Below are positions 43,710 through 45,542 of a stretch of DNA of 45,542 nt, piece after piece (the stretch's first letter is position 1; the number at the start of each line of letters is the position of its first letter). The notes beneath the pieces are model-generated. The model was not told where the DNA came from, ran no database searches, and worked only from the letters and a program-made list of their open reading frames with translations. A program made the position numbers and the translations under genes. This stretch comes from Macrostomum lignano (lineage: Eukaryota): positions 1-45,542 of the forward strand of contig NIVC01004450.1 in assembly GCA_002269645.1 (NCBI GenBank). Direction: 5' to 3'.

Positions 43710-45542
43710 CAGAGGTTACCCAAGGTCAATCTGAGCCTAAGACACTACTGCAGAGGTCACCCAAGGTCAATCTGAGCCTAAGACACTACTGCAGAGGTCA
43801 TCCAAGGTCAATCTGAGCCTACGACACTACTACAGAGGTCATCCAAGGTCAATCTGAGCCTAAGACACTACTGCAGAGGTCAACCAGGGTCAATCTGAGC
43901 CTAAGACACTACTGCAGAGGTCACCCAAGGTCAATCTGAGCCTAAGACACTACTGCAGAGGTCACCCAAGGTCAATCTGAGCCTAAGACACTACTGCAGA
44001 GGTCATCCAAGGTCAATCTGAGCCTAAGACACTACTGCAGAGGTCATCCAAGGTCAATCTGAGCCTAAGACACTACTGCAGAGGTCATCCAAGGTCAATC
44101 TGAGCCTAAGACACTACTGCAGAGGTCATCCAAGGTCAATCTGAGCCTAAGACACTACTGCAGAGGTCATCCAAGGTCAATCTGAGCCTAAGACACTACT
44201 GCAGAGGTCAACCAGGGTCAATCTGAGCCTAAGACACTACTGCAGAGGTCACCAAGGTCAATCTGAGCCTATGACACTACTGCAGAGGTCATCCAAGGTC
44301 AATCTGAGCCTAAGACACTACTGCAGAGGTCATGCAAGGTCAATCTGAGCCTAAGACACTACTGCAGAGGTCATCCAAGGTCAATCTGAGCCTAAGACAC
44401 TACTGCAGAGGTCATCCAAGGTCAATCTGAGCCTAAGACACTACTGCAGAGGTCACCCAAGGTCAATCTGAGCCTAAGACACTACTGCAGAGGTCAACCA
44501 GGGTCAATCTGAGCCTAAGACACTACTGCAGAGGTCACCCAAGGTCAATCTGAGCCTAAGACACTACTGCAGAGGTCAACCAGGGTCAATCTGAGCCTAA
44601 GACACTACTGCAGAGGTCAACCAAGGTCAATCTGAGCCTAAGACACTACTGCAGAGGTCATCCAAGGTCAATCTGAGCCTAAGACACTACTGCAGAGGTC
44701 AACCAGGGTCAATCTGAGCCTAAGACACTACTGCAGAGGTCACCAAGGTCAATCTGAGCCTAAGACACTACTGCAGAGGTCAACCAGGGTCAATCTGAGC
44801 CTAAGACACTACTGCAGAGGTCACCCAAGGTCAATCTGAGCCTAAGACACTACTGCAGAGGTCACCCAAGGTCAATCTGAGCCTAAGACACTACTGCAGA
44901 GGTCATCCAAGGTCAATCTGAGCCTAAGACACTACTGCAGAGGTCAACCAGGGTCAATCTGAGCCTAAGACACTACTGCAGAGGTCAACCAGGGTCAATC
45001 TGAGCCTAAGACACTACTGCAGAGGTCATCCAAGGTCAATCTGAGCCTAAGACACTACTGCAGAGGTCACCCAAGGTCAATCTGAGCCTAAGACACTACT
45101 GCAGAGGTCAACCAAGGTCAATCTGAGCCTAAGACACTACTGCAGAGGTCACCCAAGGTCAATCTGAGCCTAAGACACTACTGCAGAGGTCACCCAAGGT
45201 CAATCTGAGCCTAAGACACTACTGCAGAGGTCAACCAGGGTCAATCTGAGCCTAAGACACTACTGCAGAGGTCATCCAAGGTCAATCTGAGCCTAAGACA
45301 CTACTACAGAGGTCACCCAAGGTCAATCTGAGCCTAAGACACTACTGCAGAGGTCAACCAAGGTCAATCTGAGCCTAAGACACTACTGCAGAGGTCACCA
45401 AGGTCAATCTGAGCCTAAGACACTACTGCAGAGGTCACCCAAGGTCAATCTGAGCCTAAGACACTACTGCAGAGGTCAACCAGGGTCAATCTGAGCCTAA
45501 GACACTACTGCAGAGGTCATCCAAGGTCAATCTGAGCCTAAG
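43710..45542. repeat. Intronic 41-bp minisatellite running off the window end
   Basis: GACACTACTGCAGAGGTCA(C/T/A)CCAAGGTCAATCTGAGCCTAA, about 44 copies. Confidence 0.97.

Noticed and set aside
32392-45542. Regular repeat arrays as CRISPR arrays
   Set aside because: Units are directly adjacent with no unique spacers, there are no cas genes, and the context is eukaryotic introns.

Overview
Eukaryotic (animal) genomic DNA. GC-rich exons and introns filled with distinct minisatellites resemble flatworm genomes such as Macrostomum, but host identity is inference only. The centrepiece is a ~15.0 kb Maverick/Polinton (adintovirus-type) element at 11615-26571 with 103-bp AGTAGT-terminated TIRs. All its genes are on the + strand. 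The virion block contains PLA2 protein, FtsK-like packaging ATPase, penton, core-type proteins, integrase, major capsid protein and adenain protease. The left arm is unusual: a divergent two-repeat TATA-binding-protein (TBP)-like gene, a spliced candidate OB-fold ssDNA-binding protein, a dUTPase, and a pPolB reduced to its two ends. A TATAAG hexamer occurs once 21-158 nt upstream of each of eight virion-block genes. This suggests an element-encoded TBP-like factor with its own late-promoter motif, the best candidate for a new system here (hypothesis, untested). Left of the element are a triple-nested DNA transposon stack (MITE in mariner in hAT-like MITE), two further inverted-repeat elements and a polyQ/KH-like gene. 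To the right are an intronless otopetrin-like gene with a coding repeat, a decayed Crypton tyrosine recombinase, and the last seven exons of OGDH (minus strand). All family assignments come from motif recognition by eye; no database searches were run.
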